A DNA stretch of 64,000 nucleotides from Raja brachyura (GCA_963514005.1 OY740804.1:19592001-19656000), one strand, 5' to 3'. Numbered from the stretch's first letter, positions 49,461 through 63,555 are shown. Program-made: numbers and translations. Notes: generated from the sequence alone by a model not told the origin.

Positions 49461-52400
49461 AATCTTCAATTTGCTGTGTGGAATGCTATTAGTCAGGAGG
49501 CCTTACATTCCTTTCATCCAGAGACAGAAGGGGCGGTTGTAATTCAGAATGAAACTAGACCCGAGCTTGGTAAGAAGCAATTATAATTTATCAAGTGTGA
49601 CAAGTATGACCTTTGCATGATTAGAAATAGCTTGTCTTTACCACCTTGTAAGAATGGGGCAAAACTCATCTTTGTAATCCACAAGTAACTTTATTTTAAC
49701 TATGTAGTTGTGGGGACATTATTTGTGAAGTGTACTGTGTTTTAATTAGGATTGTAAGTATTACACTTTGTTTAAATCTGAAGTTTTAGAAATAACTGTC
49801 TTTTCCAAAGTGAAAATATATGTTTTGTGTGTATGTATTGTGTGATTGCTGTATGATGTGTATTTTATATTCTGAGAGATGATCTCTGAGAATTAATTTT
49901 ATATTTCAGTGGTTTTACTTCATTGAAATAAAATGATTTTGAGCGAAGAGGGTAAAGAAAACAACAGAGGGAGCAAGGGTTGTAAAGATGCTAGAAAGGG
50001 GGAAATCATGTGACTACACGTGTTGTCAATCACTGGAAAGGATTTCGTTGATTGGTTAATGCAAATAAGCTAATGTATGGTAAACCATAATGATTGGTTA
50101 ATAGTTTGCCACACCTTCTGTACCATAATTGTCTAATACCTATATAATTTGTTAAGTTTGTACCAAAGTCAGTAGCTCTTTAGACCTGTCCTGGAGCTTC
50201 CAGCTCTGTGTTGGAAGGTTTAAAGAATTATCCAGTGCTGTCAGAATAAAGAATCGATTTTAACAGCAATGGTTTGAATCAAGTTTTCTTGAATTAGACT
50301 GGGAAAAAAACTCAGTTTAACATTTGGCGACGATGATGAGGATTAAGACGGTTCAACGACAACTCGAAGAAACAAAAATAAGAGTCAAACTACGCACTGA
50401 TTGGACCAGAGGAATTGGCCAAACAAAGTGAGTAGGTAAACACCACTCTGTTTTCCTCTTCTCCATATATCTCTGCGTAGTTGACCCTTTTGTTCTTGTG
50501 TTGAACGGGATCCAGACAGAATCAGGTCAGTCTAACAAACCTTGTTGATTGGTAAGATAGACTTTTAAACAGACTTGCCCATTGGGAATGGAAACACTCG
50601 GTCATTTGAAATGGAGAGACTCGGTCATTGGGAATGACCAATGGTAACTGACGGCTGAACTGGATAAATTTATCCTGATCATTTGGAATGGCAGGAGGTA
50701 GTTAAAGATTTGGAAACAGGGTCGGCTAAACACCGACAATACTAAATTAATCTCGACCATTTGGAATGGTGGGAAGTAGTTAACAACAATTGAATTCGGA
50801 TCCAGTGAAAGGTCACGGTTGCTAAATAAGTTCATGTCGTTATTATATTGATGTAAGAATAAAGCATAAGAATATTACTGTGTATGGAATATAGTAGTAA
50901 TAAATTGATTGAATTATGGCAAAAGTGGTGTGAGGAGGAACGAGAGGAAATTATTTTGGCCAGTTGGCAAGATAATGCAGTTAAATTAGATATCAATTTA
51001 ATAAATGGAGGTATTGAGACAAGAGTGTGCACACAAAAGGGTTAAATGACAGGAGAAAGAGAAATGGAAGGAAAAAAATAAGTTCAAGGACAAGCAGGCA
51101 GGAGAATCTAGGAAAGGTATAAAAGGACTGTGCAGTTCAATGGTTGGCCTTCAGTTAGCAGAGGGAGACGAAAGGGAGGCATGGGAAAATGATTGGAATT
51201 TGGCTCCTAGCGCATCTCCACTTCCCTATCAGCCCCCGGGTCGAGCTCCACCCACATCACAGTCCGAGCCCCAGTCAATGGTGACAGGAATATACCCAAA
51301 TGTACCTAGGACAGAATCAGGAACCAATAGTGCACTCACCCCAGGAACCAGAGAAGAAAGAAAAAATGGAGAAGCCCCAGTTTACAGACTCCGTAGCATG
51401 GCGTACCAGGTCCCAGTCTAGAGACCAGGCGCAAGAACGACCAGAGGAAAGGAGGTCACACAGTTGGAACTATAGAAGGGAGCACGTGGCTGAGAAAGCC
51501 AAACCCCAGAAACAACAAGGGAAGGTGCTGAAATAGATGGAATAATAAAGCATCCTCCAGGCACCAATATCCTGTCAGAACGGTCCCTAACCCCAGAGCC
51601 CTAATACCTCCTCCATCCAACCAACAAGACTATGGTGAAACAGCCATGATAAATGTGTGGCTGCCATGGAAACCAAATGAGATTATGGCAATTTTGTTGG
51701 GAGTGCCTAATAAGAATCAGAATCCACAAGCTTTCATTGAATTCTTAAGAACAACGATATCCGTATATCACGCCGATTCCCGAGATTTATGGGTACTAGT
51801 TCAGTAACAGCGATTGAGTATACCAGATTCTTGGTTCATTTAACCTGGTTCATAACAACCGCGCAGCCCTAGAGGCGGCGCAACCAAGGGCAGGTAACGA
51901 TGAGGATCGATTACAGCTTATGTTGGCAGCTATGGGCCTCACTCTCCAGCAGCCAATCGAAATATCAAAGGTTTTGGATATGAAACCAGAGGAAGGAGAG
52001 GCTGCAGAATATTTTCTGGGAAGGTTTAAAACCATCAGGTGACACTCAGTAACAGCAAGGAAATGACTCGCCACAGTTTTGTGCTATGCTTATGAACTGT
52101 TTGCCTTCAAGCGTCGCAATGGCTATTAAAACCAATAATATGGACTGGTCAGAGTCTGTCAAGAGCTGTGAAAGCCTTTTGGAAAAACTGTCCTATTGGA
52201 CACAGGGAAGCCCAGATAAAGGTAAAAAAAAACGAATATGTGAGCAAGCCGAACTATTTGCGCTGACTAGAGCCTGCACCCTGGCCAAAGGACTATCTGC
52301 AAATATTTACATGGACTCCCAATATGCTTTTGTAGTGGTTCATGATTATGGACAATTATGGAAGAATGGGGGGTTCCTAACCACGTCAGGGACAGCAATA

Positions 52401-52877
52401 TCTCACAAAAAATGTTTTTTAATTTGCTACAGGCCATTCAGTTATCTAGTCAGCATGCTGTTATCAAAGTTAGAGCCCATACTATAGGCTAAAGCCCCAG
52501 AGACATGGGAAATTGCCTTGCCGATGTGGTAGCTAAGAAAGCTTTTAGGAGTCACCAAATTGTTGTGACTAAAAATTATACTAGGAATAAGTCTCCCTCG
52601 GAAAAAGGAATGCCAACCATTCAAGAAGTACTTCAAATACAGGAAGACGCTCCTGCACAGGTAAAACAGCTGCGGCATGACCAGGATTGTGTGTATGATC
52701 CTGTCACTAGCTTATGGGTTACGCCTGCCGGACAGACTTGCATGTCTGTCGAGCTTGCGTTGTGGGTTATTGAATGTGTACACTTTGCAACTCATTGTGG
52801 GGCCAAGGCCGTAAGTGATATGCTTTTAGAGACTTGGTGGTTTCCGAAACTTCTGAACTTGTCCCAGCGTATGAGCC

Positions 52878-53219
52878 AGTCTGAAGAAGGGTTTTGGCTC
52901 TAAACGTTGCCTATCTCCTTCGCTCCATAGATGCTGCTGCACCCGCTGAGTTTCTCCAGCATTTTGTGTACCCTCGATTTTCCAGCATCTGCAGTCCCTT
53001 CTTTAACAATTTGTCTACTCCACTGCGAAATCTCCTCAAGGTATGCCTACTTTGAAAAAGTTCTCCTCCTCCCTCCGGAGACAGTAACAGTCTGAAGAGG
53101 AATTCCGGCCCGAAACGTTGCCTATCTCCTTCGCTCCATAGATACTGCTGCACCCGCTGAGTTTCTCTAGCATTTTGTGTACCCTCAATTTTCCAGCATC
53201 TACAGTTCCTTCTTTAACT
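52878..53219 (+). mobile_element. Tandem pair of Penelope terminal repeats inserted in the ERV integrase
   Basis: Two direct copies ~211 bp apart; TSD-like TAT(G/C)AGCCAG; the integrase frame resumes afterwards. Confidence 0.8.
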
Positions 53220-54524
53220 ATCAGCCAGCGATGTCTGATTCGCGAGCAGCAGAATCCAGGTAAGGGCTTGCCCTGTGAACCAGGTAAGACCCCTTTACCA
53301 GTAGGTCCCTTTGAGACCTTGCAAATGGATGACATTGAATTGGAAAGATGTCAGTGTTATAAGTGTTCTTGCAATTATTGATGTTTTTAATAAATGAATA
53401 GTTAGCGTAAGCGCCTCTCATGTGTGTGGTAGCATTATGTTTTTGAATTAATGCTGAAGTTCATATATGTGATAAGTCTGTTGTTTGTTGTAAACCATAT
53501 GTTATAAGTGTAGGTGTGTGTGGCCCTTTAAGAAACTGTAAGCGGGGAGATGAAGTTATGTACAGCTACCCTCTGTTGTAAGGTAATGCTTTATGCTTTG
53601 TTTCCTCTCAATTTAAAAGGGGAAAGTTGGCAACTGTAGGTTGCTGGGTTTTTCTGATGTTTCTTTTATATTTCTTTTCAATAAGTTAATTTGGAAAATT
53701 GTTACTAGTATATATTTATACTGGGAATTGGAAATCGGGAATAGTGGGGAGAATGGATTGAAATAATTGGAAATAAGTTATTTGCTGAAACACGACCAGC
53801 TTTTATGGTTTGTTTAGATAAACATTCTGGTTGGAGAAGGGTAATAAATCAATGGAGCCCGGGAAAAATGGAACTGGCTGACACGGGGTTAATCATGAGT
53901 TAAAGTGGTATTTTGCTAAACCACTGGGTTTTTCTGGATTATAACATCTTTGATCACTCCTGTTTGACAGAAAAAGTGAAAGTTTGTAAGGTTTAATTTA
54001 ATCTGTTGTATTTTACCTGTTTTTAAGATGCAAATAGTATCATGTGACAATCCAGCTGAGGGGACACAGGTCTTTCGATGTGGATTGATCTGATTGTTTG
54101 CTGACATTTTCAGAAATACAATGTATAGGATACTATGGAGAACTATAGAAGGGGGGCAGAATAAGAATAAGTACTCCTTCTGGTACGGCACGAATAACGC
54201 CTGCGGAAATCATATATGGTCGACCTTTACGGATACCATGGAATGACCATGCCTCCGTGATGGTCCATTTCCACCAGATGACTGAGGAAATGACATCCTA
54301 TGTGTTAACTTTAATCAGTGCTTTGCGAACTTCTCATTCACAGGTCAGGGCTGCCTTTGGAACCTGGAATGTCACCAAGATTGACTATTGCAATGGGATA
54401 CTGCGTCAGCCCGATCGGCAGGTGGACTTAGATAACCAACACCTGTGGGAATTACCCTGTTGGTTTCAGGAGTGCAAATTTGACTTTTTCTGCAGATGGA
54501 ATCCCTTGGAAGGCAGTTCGGCAA

Positions 54525-56935
54525 ATGGACGCTTTTCGCATCCTGAACTTACGTCGCCTTTGGCATTTTACATTTTCGGCCCCTTTTGCATCCTGAATTT
54601 TCGTCACTTTTCGTGTGCTGAATTTTCATCGCTTTTCACATCATGATTTTCGTCACTTTTCGCGTCCTGAATTTACGTCGCTTTTCGCATTTTGAATTTT
54701 TGACGCTTTTCGTGTCCTGAATTTTTGACACTTTTCGTCACATTTCATGTGCTGAATTATCGTCGCTTTTCGCGTGAGGAATTTTCATCGTTTTTCACAT
54801 GCTTAATTTTGGTCGCTTTTCGCATGCTGAATTTTCGTCGGTTTGTCGCGTCCTAAAGGTTTGTCGCTTTTCTCGTGTTGAATTTTCGTTGCTTTTTGCA
54901 TGCTGAATTTTTGTCGTCCTGAATTTACATCACTTTTCACATCCTGAATTTTCATCACTTTTCGCGTCCTGAATATACGTTGCATTTGGCGTTTTGAATT
55001 TTCGTCGCCTTACTCATCCTAAATTTTCATCACTTTTCGTATGCTGAATTTTCGTCACTTTTCGTGTGTTGAATTTTTGTCGCTTTTCGCGCCCTGAAGG
55101 TTAGTCGTTTTTCAGGTGCTGAATTTTCGTCGCTTATCGCTTGCCTGAATTTACGTCGCTTTTCGCATTTTGAATTTTTGTCGTTTTTCGTGTCCTGAAT
55201 TTATGTCATTTTTCGTGTGCTGAATTTTCATTGCTTTTTGCGTGCAGAATTTTCATTGCTTTACGCATGCTGAATTTTCGTTGCTATTCCCATGCTGAAT
55301 TTTTGTTGCTGTTCATGTGCTGAACTTTGGTTGCTTTTCGCGTCCTGAAATTTCGTCGCTTTATGCGTCCTGAAATTATGTCGCTTTTGCCGTTTTGAAT
55401 TTTCGTCGCCTTTCGCGTCCTGAATTTACGTCACTTTTCATGTGCTGAATTTTCATTGCTTTTCACATCTTGAATTTTCGTCGCTTGTTACGTTTTGAAT
55501 TTTTGTCATTTTTTGTGTCGTGAATTTTCGTCACTTTTCGTGTGTTGAATTTTCGTCGCTTTTCACATGCTGAATTTTCATCACTTTAAGTACTGAATTT
55601 TTGTCGCTTTTTACGTCCTAAAGTTTTGTCGCTTTTCTCATGCTGAATTTTTGTCGCCTTTCGCGTCCTGAATTTTTGTCGCTTTACATGTCCTGAATTT
55701 TCGTCACATTTCATGTGCTGAATTATCGTGAGGAATATTCATAGTTTCATTTCACATGCTGAATTCAACACACACGTTTTAAATTTTTGTCGCCTTTCGG
55801 TTCCTGAATTTTCGTCACTTTTCGCGTACTGAATTTTTGTCGCTTTTCGCGTCTTAAAGGTTTGTCGCTTTTCACGTCCAAAAGGTTTGTCGCTTTTAAC
55901 ATGCTGAATTTTCGTCACTTTTCGCGTGCTGAATTTTCGTCGCTTTTCGTGTGCTGAAATTTTGTCGCTTGTCGTTCCCTGAAATGTCGTCGCTTTTCAC
56001 GTCCTAAATTTTCATCACGTTTGGCGTTTCGTATTTCCATCGCCTTTCGCGTCCTGAAGATTCGTTACTTTACGGGTGCTGAATTTTCATTGGTTTTCGT
56101 GTCCTGAAATTTCGGCGCTTTTCAGGTCCTGAAATTTCGGCGCTTTTCACGTCCTGAAATTTCGTCCCTTTTCACGTCCTGAAATTTCGTCCCTTTTCAC
56201 GTCCTGAAATTTCGTCCCTTTTCACGTCCTGAATTTACTTCGCGTTTGGCTTTTTGAATTTTTACGCCTTTCGCTTCCTGAATTTTCATCACTTTTCATG
56301 TGCTGAATTTTTGTTGCATTTTGCATCCTAAAGGTTTGTTGCTTTTTGCGTGCTGAATTTTCGCCATTTTTCGCGTGCTGAATTTTCATCGCTTTTCGTG
56401 TCCTGAATTTTTGTTACTTTTCGTGTGCTGTATTTTCGTCACTTTTTGCATGCGGAATTTTCATTGCATTTCGCATGCTGATTTTCATTACTTTTTGCGT
56501 CTTGAAGGTTCCTCGCTTATCGCGTGCGGAATTTTCGTTGCTTTTCGCATGCTGAAATTTGGTCGCTTTTCGCGTTCTGAAATGTTGTCGCTTTATGCGT
56601 CCTTAATTTTCGTTGCTGTTCATGTGCTGACATTTCGTTGCTTTTCGCATCCTGAATTTTCGTCGCTTTGCTCGTCCTGAATTTTCTTCTCATTTCGCAT
56701 CCTGGATATACATCGCTTTTGGCGTTTTTAATTTTCATTGCCTTTTGCGTCCTGAATTTTCGTCACTTTTCATGTGCTAAATTTCCGTCACTTTTCGCAT
56801 GCAAAAAGCGATTAAAAATTCCACACGCGAAAATGATGAAAATTCAGGACATGAAAAGCGACAACATTTCAGCACACTAAAAGCAACGGAAATTAAGCAT
56901 GCGAAATGCAATTAAAATTCCGCATGCAAAAATGT
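54525..56935 (+). repeat. 25-bp CpG-rich satellite array (TGAATTTTCGTCGCTTTTCGCGTCC), last ~130 bp inverted
   Basis: Degenerate tandem array of roughly 95 units; orientation flips near 56800. Confidence 0.93.
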
Positions 56936-57307
56936 TTGCTGTGTATGTATTGTGTGATTGCTGTATGATATGTATTTTATATTCTGAGAGGTGGTCTCTG
57001 AGAATTAATTTTATATTTCTGTGATTTTACTTCATTGAAATAAAATGATTTTGAACGAAGAGGGTAACAAAAATGACAGAGGGAGCAAGGGTTTTAAAGA
57101 GGCCAGAAAAGGGAAAATCATGTGACTACACGTGTTGTCAATCACTGGAAAGGATTTAGTTGCTTGGTTAATGCAAATAAACTAGTGTATGGTAAACCAT
57201 AATGATTGGTTAATAGTTTGCCACACCGTCTGTACCATAATTGTCTAATACCTATATAATGTGTTAGGTTTGTATCAAAGACAGTAGCTCTTTAGACCTG
57301 TCCTGGA

Positions 57308-58090
57308 AAATCGAAGGTAGACAAAAATGCTGGTGAAACTCAGCGGATGAGGCAGCATCTATGGCGCGAAGGAAATAGGCAATGTTTCGAGACCCTTCTT
57401 CAGACTGATGTGAGGGTGGGGGGGGCGGGAAGAAGAAAGGAAGAGTGGGCTGAGGGAGAGCTGGGAAGGGGAGGATAAAGCCGGAACTACCTGAAATTAG
57501 AGGTCAATGTTCATACCACTGGGGTGTAACTGCCCAAACAAAATATGAGGTGCTGCTCCTCCAATTTACGGTGGGCCTCACTCTCGCCATGGAGAAGGCC
57601 CAGAACAGAAAGGTCATATTCGGAATGGGAGGGGGAGTTGAAGTGCTGACCCACCGAGCGGAGGTGTTGGGCGAAGCGATCGCCAAGCCTACGCTTGGTT
57701 TCACCGATGTAGAGCTGACACCTAGAACAGCGGATGCAATAGATGAGGTTGGAGGAGGTGCAGGTGAACCTCTGCCACACCTGGAAGGACTGCTTGGGTC
57801 CTTGAATGGAGTCAAGAAGGGAGGTAAAGCGACAAGTGTAGCAAGGGAAAGTGCCAGGAGAGGGGGTGGTTTGGGTGGGAAGGGACGAATTGACCAGGGA
57901 GTTACGGAGGGAGCGGTCTCTGCGGAACGCAGACAGGGGAGGAAATGGGAAGATGTGGCCAGTGGTAGGATCCCATTGGAGGTGGCGAAAATGTTGGAGG
58001 ATTATTTGTTGTATGTGACGGCTGGTAGGGTGGAAGGTGAGGTAAAGAGGGACTCTGCCCTTGTTACGAGTGGAGGGGGATGGGGAGTCA
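57308..58090 (-). mobile_element. Penelope-like element 3' part (GIY-YIG)
   Basis: ORF 57511-58098 with LTFHP, NLIYCIRC and LYIGETKRRL; terminal repeat at 57308-57405. Confidence 0.9.
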
Positions 58091-58094
58091 ATAG

Positions 58095-60150
58095 TCAAGA
58101 GAGTTTATTGTCATGTGTCCCAGATAGGACAATGAAATTCTTGCTTGCTGCAGCACAACAGAATATTGTAGGATCAGTGTGTCCATATACCATAGAATAT
58201 ATATATACACACATAAATAACCAGATAAAGTGCAATAGGCTATTATAGTTCCCTATGAGAATAGGGAAGATTCAAACAAGAGGACATGACTTTAGAATTA
58301 AGGGACAGAGGTTTAGGGGTAACATGAGGGGGAACTTCTTTACTCAGAGAGTGGTAGCGGTGTGGAATGAGCTTCCAGTGGAAGTGGTGGCGGCAGGTTC
58401 GTTGGTATCATTTAAAAATAAATTGGATAGGCATATGGATGAGAAGGGTATGGAGGGTTATGGTATGAGTGCAGGCAGGTGGGACTAAGGGAAAAAAGTT
58501 GTTCGGCATGGACTTGAAGGGCCGAGATGGCCTGTTTCCGTGCTGTAATTGTTATATGGTTATATAGTTCTAGTTCAGAGTTTGTTTGAAGTTGTGTTTA
58601 ATAGTCTGATGGCTGTAGGGAAGTAGCTATTCCTGAACCTGGATGTTGCAGATTTCAGGCTCCTGTACCTTCTATCTAATGGCAGCGGAGAGATGGGTGA
58701 GTGGCCAGGATGGTGTGGATCTTTGATGATGTTGGCAGCCTTTTTGAGGCAGCGACTGCGATAGATCCCGTCGATGGCAGGGAGGTTGCATCAGTGTTCT
58801 GGGACCAGGAGAGATCTTCGGAAATATGTACGCCCAGGAATTTGAAGTTCTTGACCCTTTCCACCATTGACCAGAGCATCGTTACGGGGTACAGAAGAGA
58901 CCCTGCTGAGAGCCTCATCTATAGTGGAAGAGGGGAACCCCCGTTCCCTGAAGAATGAGGACATCTCCAATGCCCTGGTGTGGAACACCTCATCCTGGGT
59001 GCAGATCATGCCGTCCATATTCACATCTAAATCATAGCAATAAATCGTTGCTCTCATCAACCTTTTTTAGGAGGGGGAGTGAGGTGTTTGTAGACGTCAC
59101 CTAAAATTGGATAATTCATTATTCATACAGTTGGGTTGTAAGTTGCCCAAGACTAATACGAATCTTGCTAATGTTGACTGGAGTTGGTTGTTTGCAGGGA
59201 AAGGAATGTCTAATGGGATTAACAAACTCATCAGGAAGCCTGGCTCGTTCTGGGGTCAGAGTTGGATTCATGGGCGGTGGTCTTGGTCAAACTGCGGAGC
59301 ATCCTGGACAATACTGCTCACCCACTCCACGACAGACTGGTCAACCAGAGGAGTGAGTACCTTCAGCAACAAACTGGTTCCACCAAGATGCAGGACAGAA
59401 TGCCGCAGGAGATTCTTCTTCCCTATGGCTATCAAACTGTAAAACTCATCCCCCTTCTGTTGTGGGGTAGACTGAGACGGACTCCCCTCCCCAATCTTTT
59501 CCACTCGTCACTTTAATTTCATTTATTTTGTACAGTCACAGAGGCCGACGTCGGAAAATCCTTCAGAGGGGTGAACTATCGACCAGTGGCACTAACGCCT
59601 GTGGTGATGAAGTACTTTGAGAGGTTGATCATGGCGCAAAACAAGTCCTACCTCGACAAAAACCTGGACCCTCCGTAGTTCGCTTATCGCCACAACAGAT
59701 CAAAGGTGGATGCGATCTCGCTGGCCCTTCACTCCGCTCTGGACCACTTGGACAACAAAAACTCATCTGTCAGACTGTTATTCATTGATTACAGCTTGAC
59801 ATTTAATACAATCATCCCCTCCAAGCTGGTTGCCAAACTCCATCCCTCTGCAATTGGATCCTCAACTTCCTCATTCACAGACTACAGTCAGTTCATATTG
59901 GTGGAAATGTGTCAGCCTCAATAACAATCAGCACGGGAGCACCTCAAAGCTGCGTGCTCAGCCCCCTGCTGTACTCACTCTATACTCATGACTGCGTAGC
60001 CAGTCATAATGCAAACTCCATCATCAAGTTCACTGTTGTGGCACGTATCACTGATGGGGACGAGTCAGAGTGCAGAAGTGAGATCGACCCTCTGACCAAA
60101 TGGTGCCAGCACAATAACCTGGCCCTCAACACCAGCAAAACCAAGGAACA
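58095..60150. mobile_element. Mosaic of Rex1/Babar, CR1 and Penelope fragments
   Basis: VRLLFIDYS..FNTIIP and [19 protein letters not shown] (59560-60150, +); FKFLGVHIS (58570-58870, -); CR1 3' end (58255-58565, +). Confidence 0.8.
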
Positions 60151-60164
60151 AGGGGGGGTGGGGT

Positions 60165-62605
60165 GTCAAATGGGATAGTCGAGGACGGAGTTAAAGCGAA
60201 AGAGAGTAAAAGGATGGTTAATGACCCCAGAATTAACGGGAAAGGATGCTCACAAAGAGATAGGAGAGTATGGCCAAGTATAATAGGGATCGATGTGAAA
60301 GGTGAAATGCGTAAGGAATTAAAAGTATTGTATATGAATGCGCGAAGTATAAGAGGTAAAGTAGATGAGCTTGAGGCTCAATTAGAGGTTGGTAGATATG
60401 ACATTGTGGGGATTACTGAGACGTAGCTGCAGGAGGATCGGGCCTGGGAACTTAATATTCAGGGTTATACATCCTATTGAAAGGACAGGCAGGTGGGCAG
60501 AGGAGGGGGGTAGCTCTGCTGGTGGGGGATAGAGCAGTCCCTTGCAAGGGAAGACATAGGGACTGACGAGGTAGAGTCGCTGTGGATTGAGTTGAGGAAT
60601 TGTAAAGGCAAGAAGACACTAATTGGTGTTATCCACAGACCCCCAAATAGTAGCCCGGATGTAGGGTGCAAGTTGCAGCAGGAGTTAAAACTGGCATGTA
60701 ACAAAGATAATGCCACTGGTGATGGGGGGTTTCAATATGCAGGTAGACTGGGAAAATCAGGTTGGTTCAGGACCTCAAGAAAGAGAGTTTGTAGAATGCC
60801 TCCGAGATGGATTCTTAGAGCAGCTTGTAATGGAGCCGACCAGAGAAAAGGCCATTCTGGATTTAGTGTTGTCCAATGAACCAGATGTGATAAGAGAACT
60901 CGAGGTAAAGGTACCGCTTGGAGGTAGTGATCAGAATATGATTAGTTTTAATCTTCAATTTGAGAAGGAGAACGTTAAATCGGAAGTGTCAGTGATGCAG
61001 TTGAACAAATGGGACTATGACGGCATGAGAGGTTCGCTGGCCAAGGTAGATGGAAAGGGATCCCAGCAGGAATGATGGTGGAACAGCAATGGCAGGAGTT
61101 TCTGGGTATAATCCGGAAGACGCGGGATCATTTCATTCCAAAAAGGAAGAAAGATACTAAGGGGAGCAGGAGGCAACCGTGGCTGACAAGATAAGTTAGC
61201 GATAGAATAAAACTAAAAGAAAAGATGTATAACACAGCAAAGAGTAGCCGGAAGCCAGAGGATTGGGAAACTTTCATAGGACAACTGAAGGAAACAAAAT
61301 GGGCAATGCGGGCTGAAAAAATGAAGTACGACGGAAAGCTGGCCAGGAATATAAAGAAAGACAGTAAAAGCTTCTTTAGATATGTTACGGGAATAAGAGT
61401 AGCAAAGCCAAATGTGGGTCCCTTGAAGGCGGACACGGATGAAATTATTATGGGCAACAAGGAAATGGCAGAAGAGGTGAATAGGTATTTCAGATCTGTC
61501 TTCACTAGGGAATACACAAATAATCTCCCAGATGTACCAGTTAGCCTGACTTCGGAGGATCTAAGGGGGTAGAGGAACTGAAAGAAATTTTCATTAGGCG
61601 AGAAATAGTATTGGGTAGGCTAATGGGACTGAAGGATGATAACTCCCCTGGACTGATGGTCTGCATCCCAGGGTTCTCGGGGAGGTGGCTCTAGAAATAG
61701 TGGATGCATTGGTGATCATTTTCCAATGTTCAATAGATTCAGGATCAGTTCCTGTGGATTGGAAGATAGCTAATGTTATCCCACTTTTCAAGAAAGGAGC
61801 GAGAGAGAAAACGGGGAATTACAGACCAGTTAGCCTGACTTCGGTGGTGGGAAAGATACTGGAGTCAATTATTAAAGAGGTAATAATGGGGCATTTGGAG
61901 AGCGGTAAAAGGATTAGTTGAAGTCAACATGGATTTATGAAAGGGAAATCATGCTTGACTAATCTTCTGAATTATTTGAGGATGTGACAAGTAAAATGGA
62001 TGAAGGGGTGCCAGTGGATGTAGTGTATCTAGACTTTCAGAATGCCTTTGATTAAGGTCCCGCACGGGAGACTGGTGACTAAAATTAGAGCACATGGTAT
62101 TGGTGGTAGGGTGTTGACATGGATAGAAAATTGGTTAGCAAAGAGTAGGAGTGAACGGGTCCTTTTCAGAATGGCAGGCAGTGGCGAGTGGAGTGCCGCA
62201 AGGCTCGGTGTTGGGGCCGCAACTGTTTATCATGTATATTAATGATTTGGAAGAGGAAATTAGGAGCAACACTAGCAAGTTTGCGGAATTACACAAAGCT
62301 GGGCGGCAGTGTGAACTGTGAAGAGGATTTTAGGAGGTTGCAAGGTGACCTGGACAGGTTGAGTACGTGGGCAGATGCGTGGCAGATGCAGTATAATATA
62401 GATAAATGTGAGGTTATCCACTTTGGCGGCAAAAACAAGGGAGCAGATTATTATCTCAATGGGGTTAGGTTAGGTAATGGGGAGGTGCAACGAGACCTGG
62501 GCGTCCTTGTACACCGGTCACTGAAAGGTGGCTTACAGGTACAGCAGGCAGTGAAGAAAGCTAATGGAATGTTGGCCTTCATAACAAGAGAATTTCAGTA
62601 TAGGA
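60165..62605 (+). mobile_element. CR1 LINE ORF2 (endonuclease and RT), degraded; same family as 47589-49460
   Basis: YMNARS, VGITET, ILDLVL, NYRPVSLTSVVGK, KCEVIHFG. Confidence 0.93.
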
Positions 62606-63142
62606 GGAAACTTCTCCAGGTGCACAGTGGAGACCATGCTGACTGGATCCATCGTGGTTTGGTTAAGAAACTTGAACGCCCTGGAGCGCAAAAGACTACA
62701 AGAAGTGGTTAACACTGCCCAGTCCATCATCGGCTCTGACCTCCCTTCCATCGAGGAGATCTATTGCAGTCACTGCCACAAAAATGCTGGCAGCATCATC
62801 ATGGACCCACACCATCCTGATCACACACTCATCTCCCCACTACCTTCGGGTAGAAGGTACAGGAGCCTGAAGACTGCAACGACCAGGTTCAGGAACAGCT
62901 TCTTCCCCACAGCCATCAGGCTATTAAACTCGGCTCGGACAAAACTCTGAACATTAAAAGCCAATAATCTGTTTATTTGCACTTTGTTAGTTTAATTATT
63001 CATGTGTGTATATATTTATGCAATGGTATATGGACACACTGATCTGTTCAGTATTCGTGCCTACTATGTTCTAGTGTGCGAAAGCAAAGCAATAATTTCA
63101 TTGTCCTATCAGGGACACATGACAATAAAACTCTCTTGAACT
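62606..63142 (+). mobile_element. Rex1/Babar LINE 3' end
   Basis: LPSGRRYRSL..RFRNSFFPTAIRLLN, then 3' UTR with AATAAA. Confidence 0.85.
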
Positions 63143-63203
63143 CTGTCCAATACTAAAGTTGGCCTTCCCTTAATTTAGAATTTTAACTCGTGAGCCTGCA
63201 CAT

Positions 63204-63555
63204 TTGGAAAGTGGTGAAATCAGTGGACAAAGTCAGCATGGATTTATGAAAGGTAAATCATGTCTGACGAATCTTATAGAATTTTTCGAGGATGTAACTA
63301 GTAGAGTAGATAAGGGAGAACCAGTGGATGTGTTATATCTGGACTTTCAGAAGGCTTTCGACAAGGTCCCACATAAGAGATTAGTATGCAAACTTAAAGC
63401 ACACGGTATTGGGGGTTCAGTATTGATGTGGATAGAGAACTGGCTGGCAGACAGGAAGCAAAGCGTAGGAGTAAACGGATCCTTTTCAGAACGGCAGGCA
63501 GGGACTAGTGGGGTACTGCAAGGCTCAGTGCTGGGACCCCAGCTATTTACAATAT
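63204..63555 (+). mobile_element. CR1 RT fragment
   Basis: QHGFMKGKSCLTNL, YLDFQKAFDKV, QGSVLGP. Confidence 0.9.

Larger units (their letters stand above)
50009..57307 (+). mobile_element. Internally deleted endogenous retrovirus (gamma/epsilon-like)
   Basis: LTR 50009-50322 (TG..CA, TATA, AATAAA); PBS-like TGGCGACGA at 50325; gag remnants 51140-52150; RNase H QAELFALTRAC..NIYMDSQYAF..HDYGQLWK; integrase HFATHCG and PFETLQMD; PPT and 3' LTR from 57121, cut by Penelope. Confidence 0.85.

Noticed and set aside
54525-56935. CENP-B box-containing centromeric satellite
   Set aside because: TTCG is frequent but the A..CGGG half of the box is absent.
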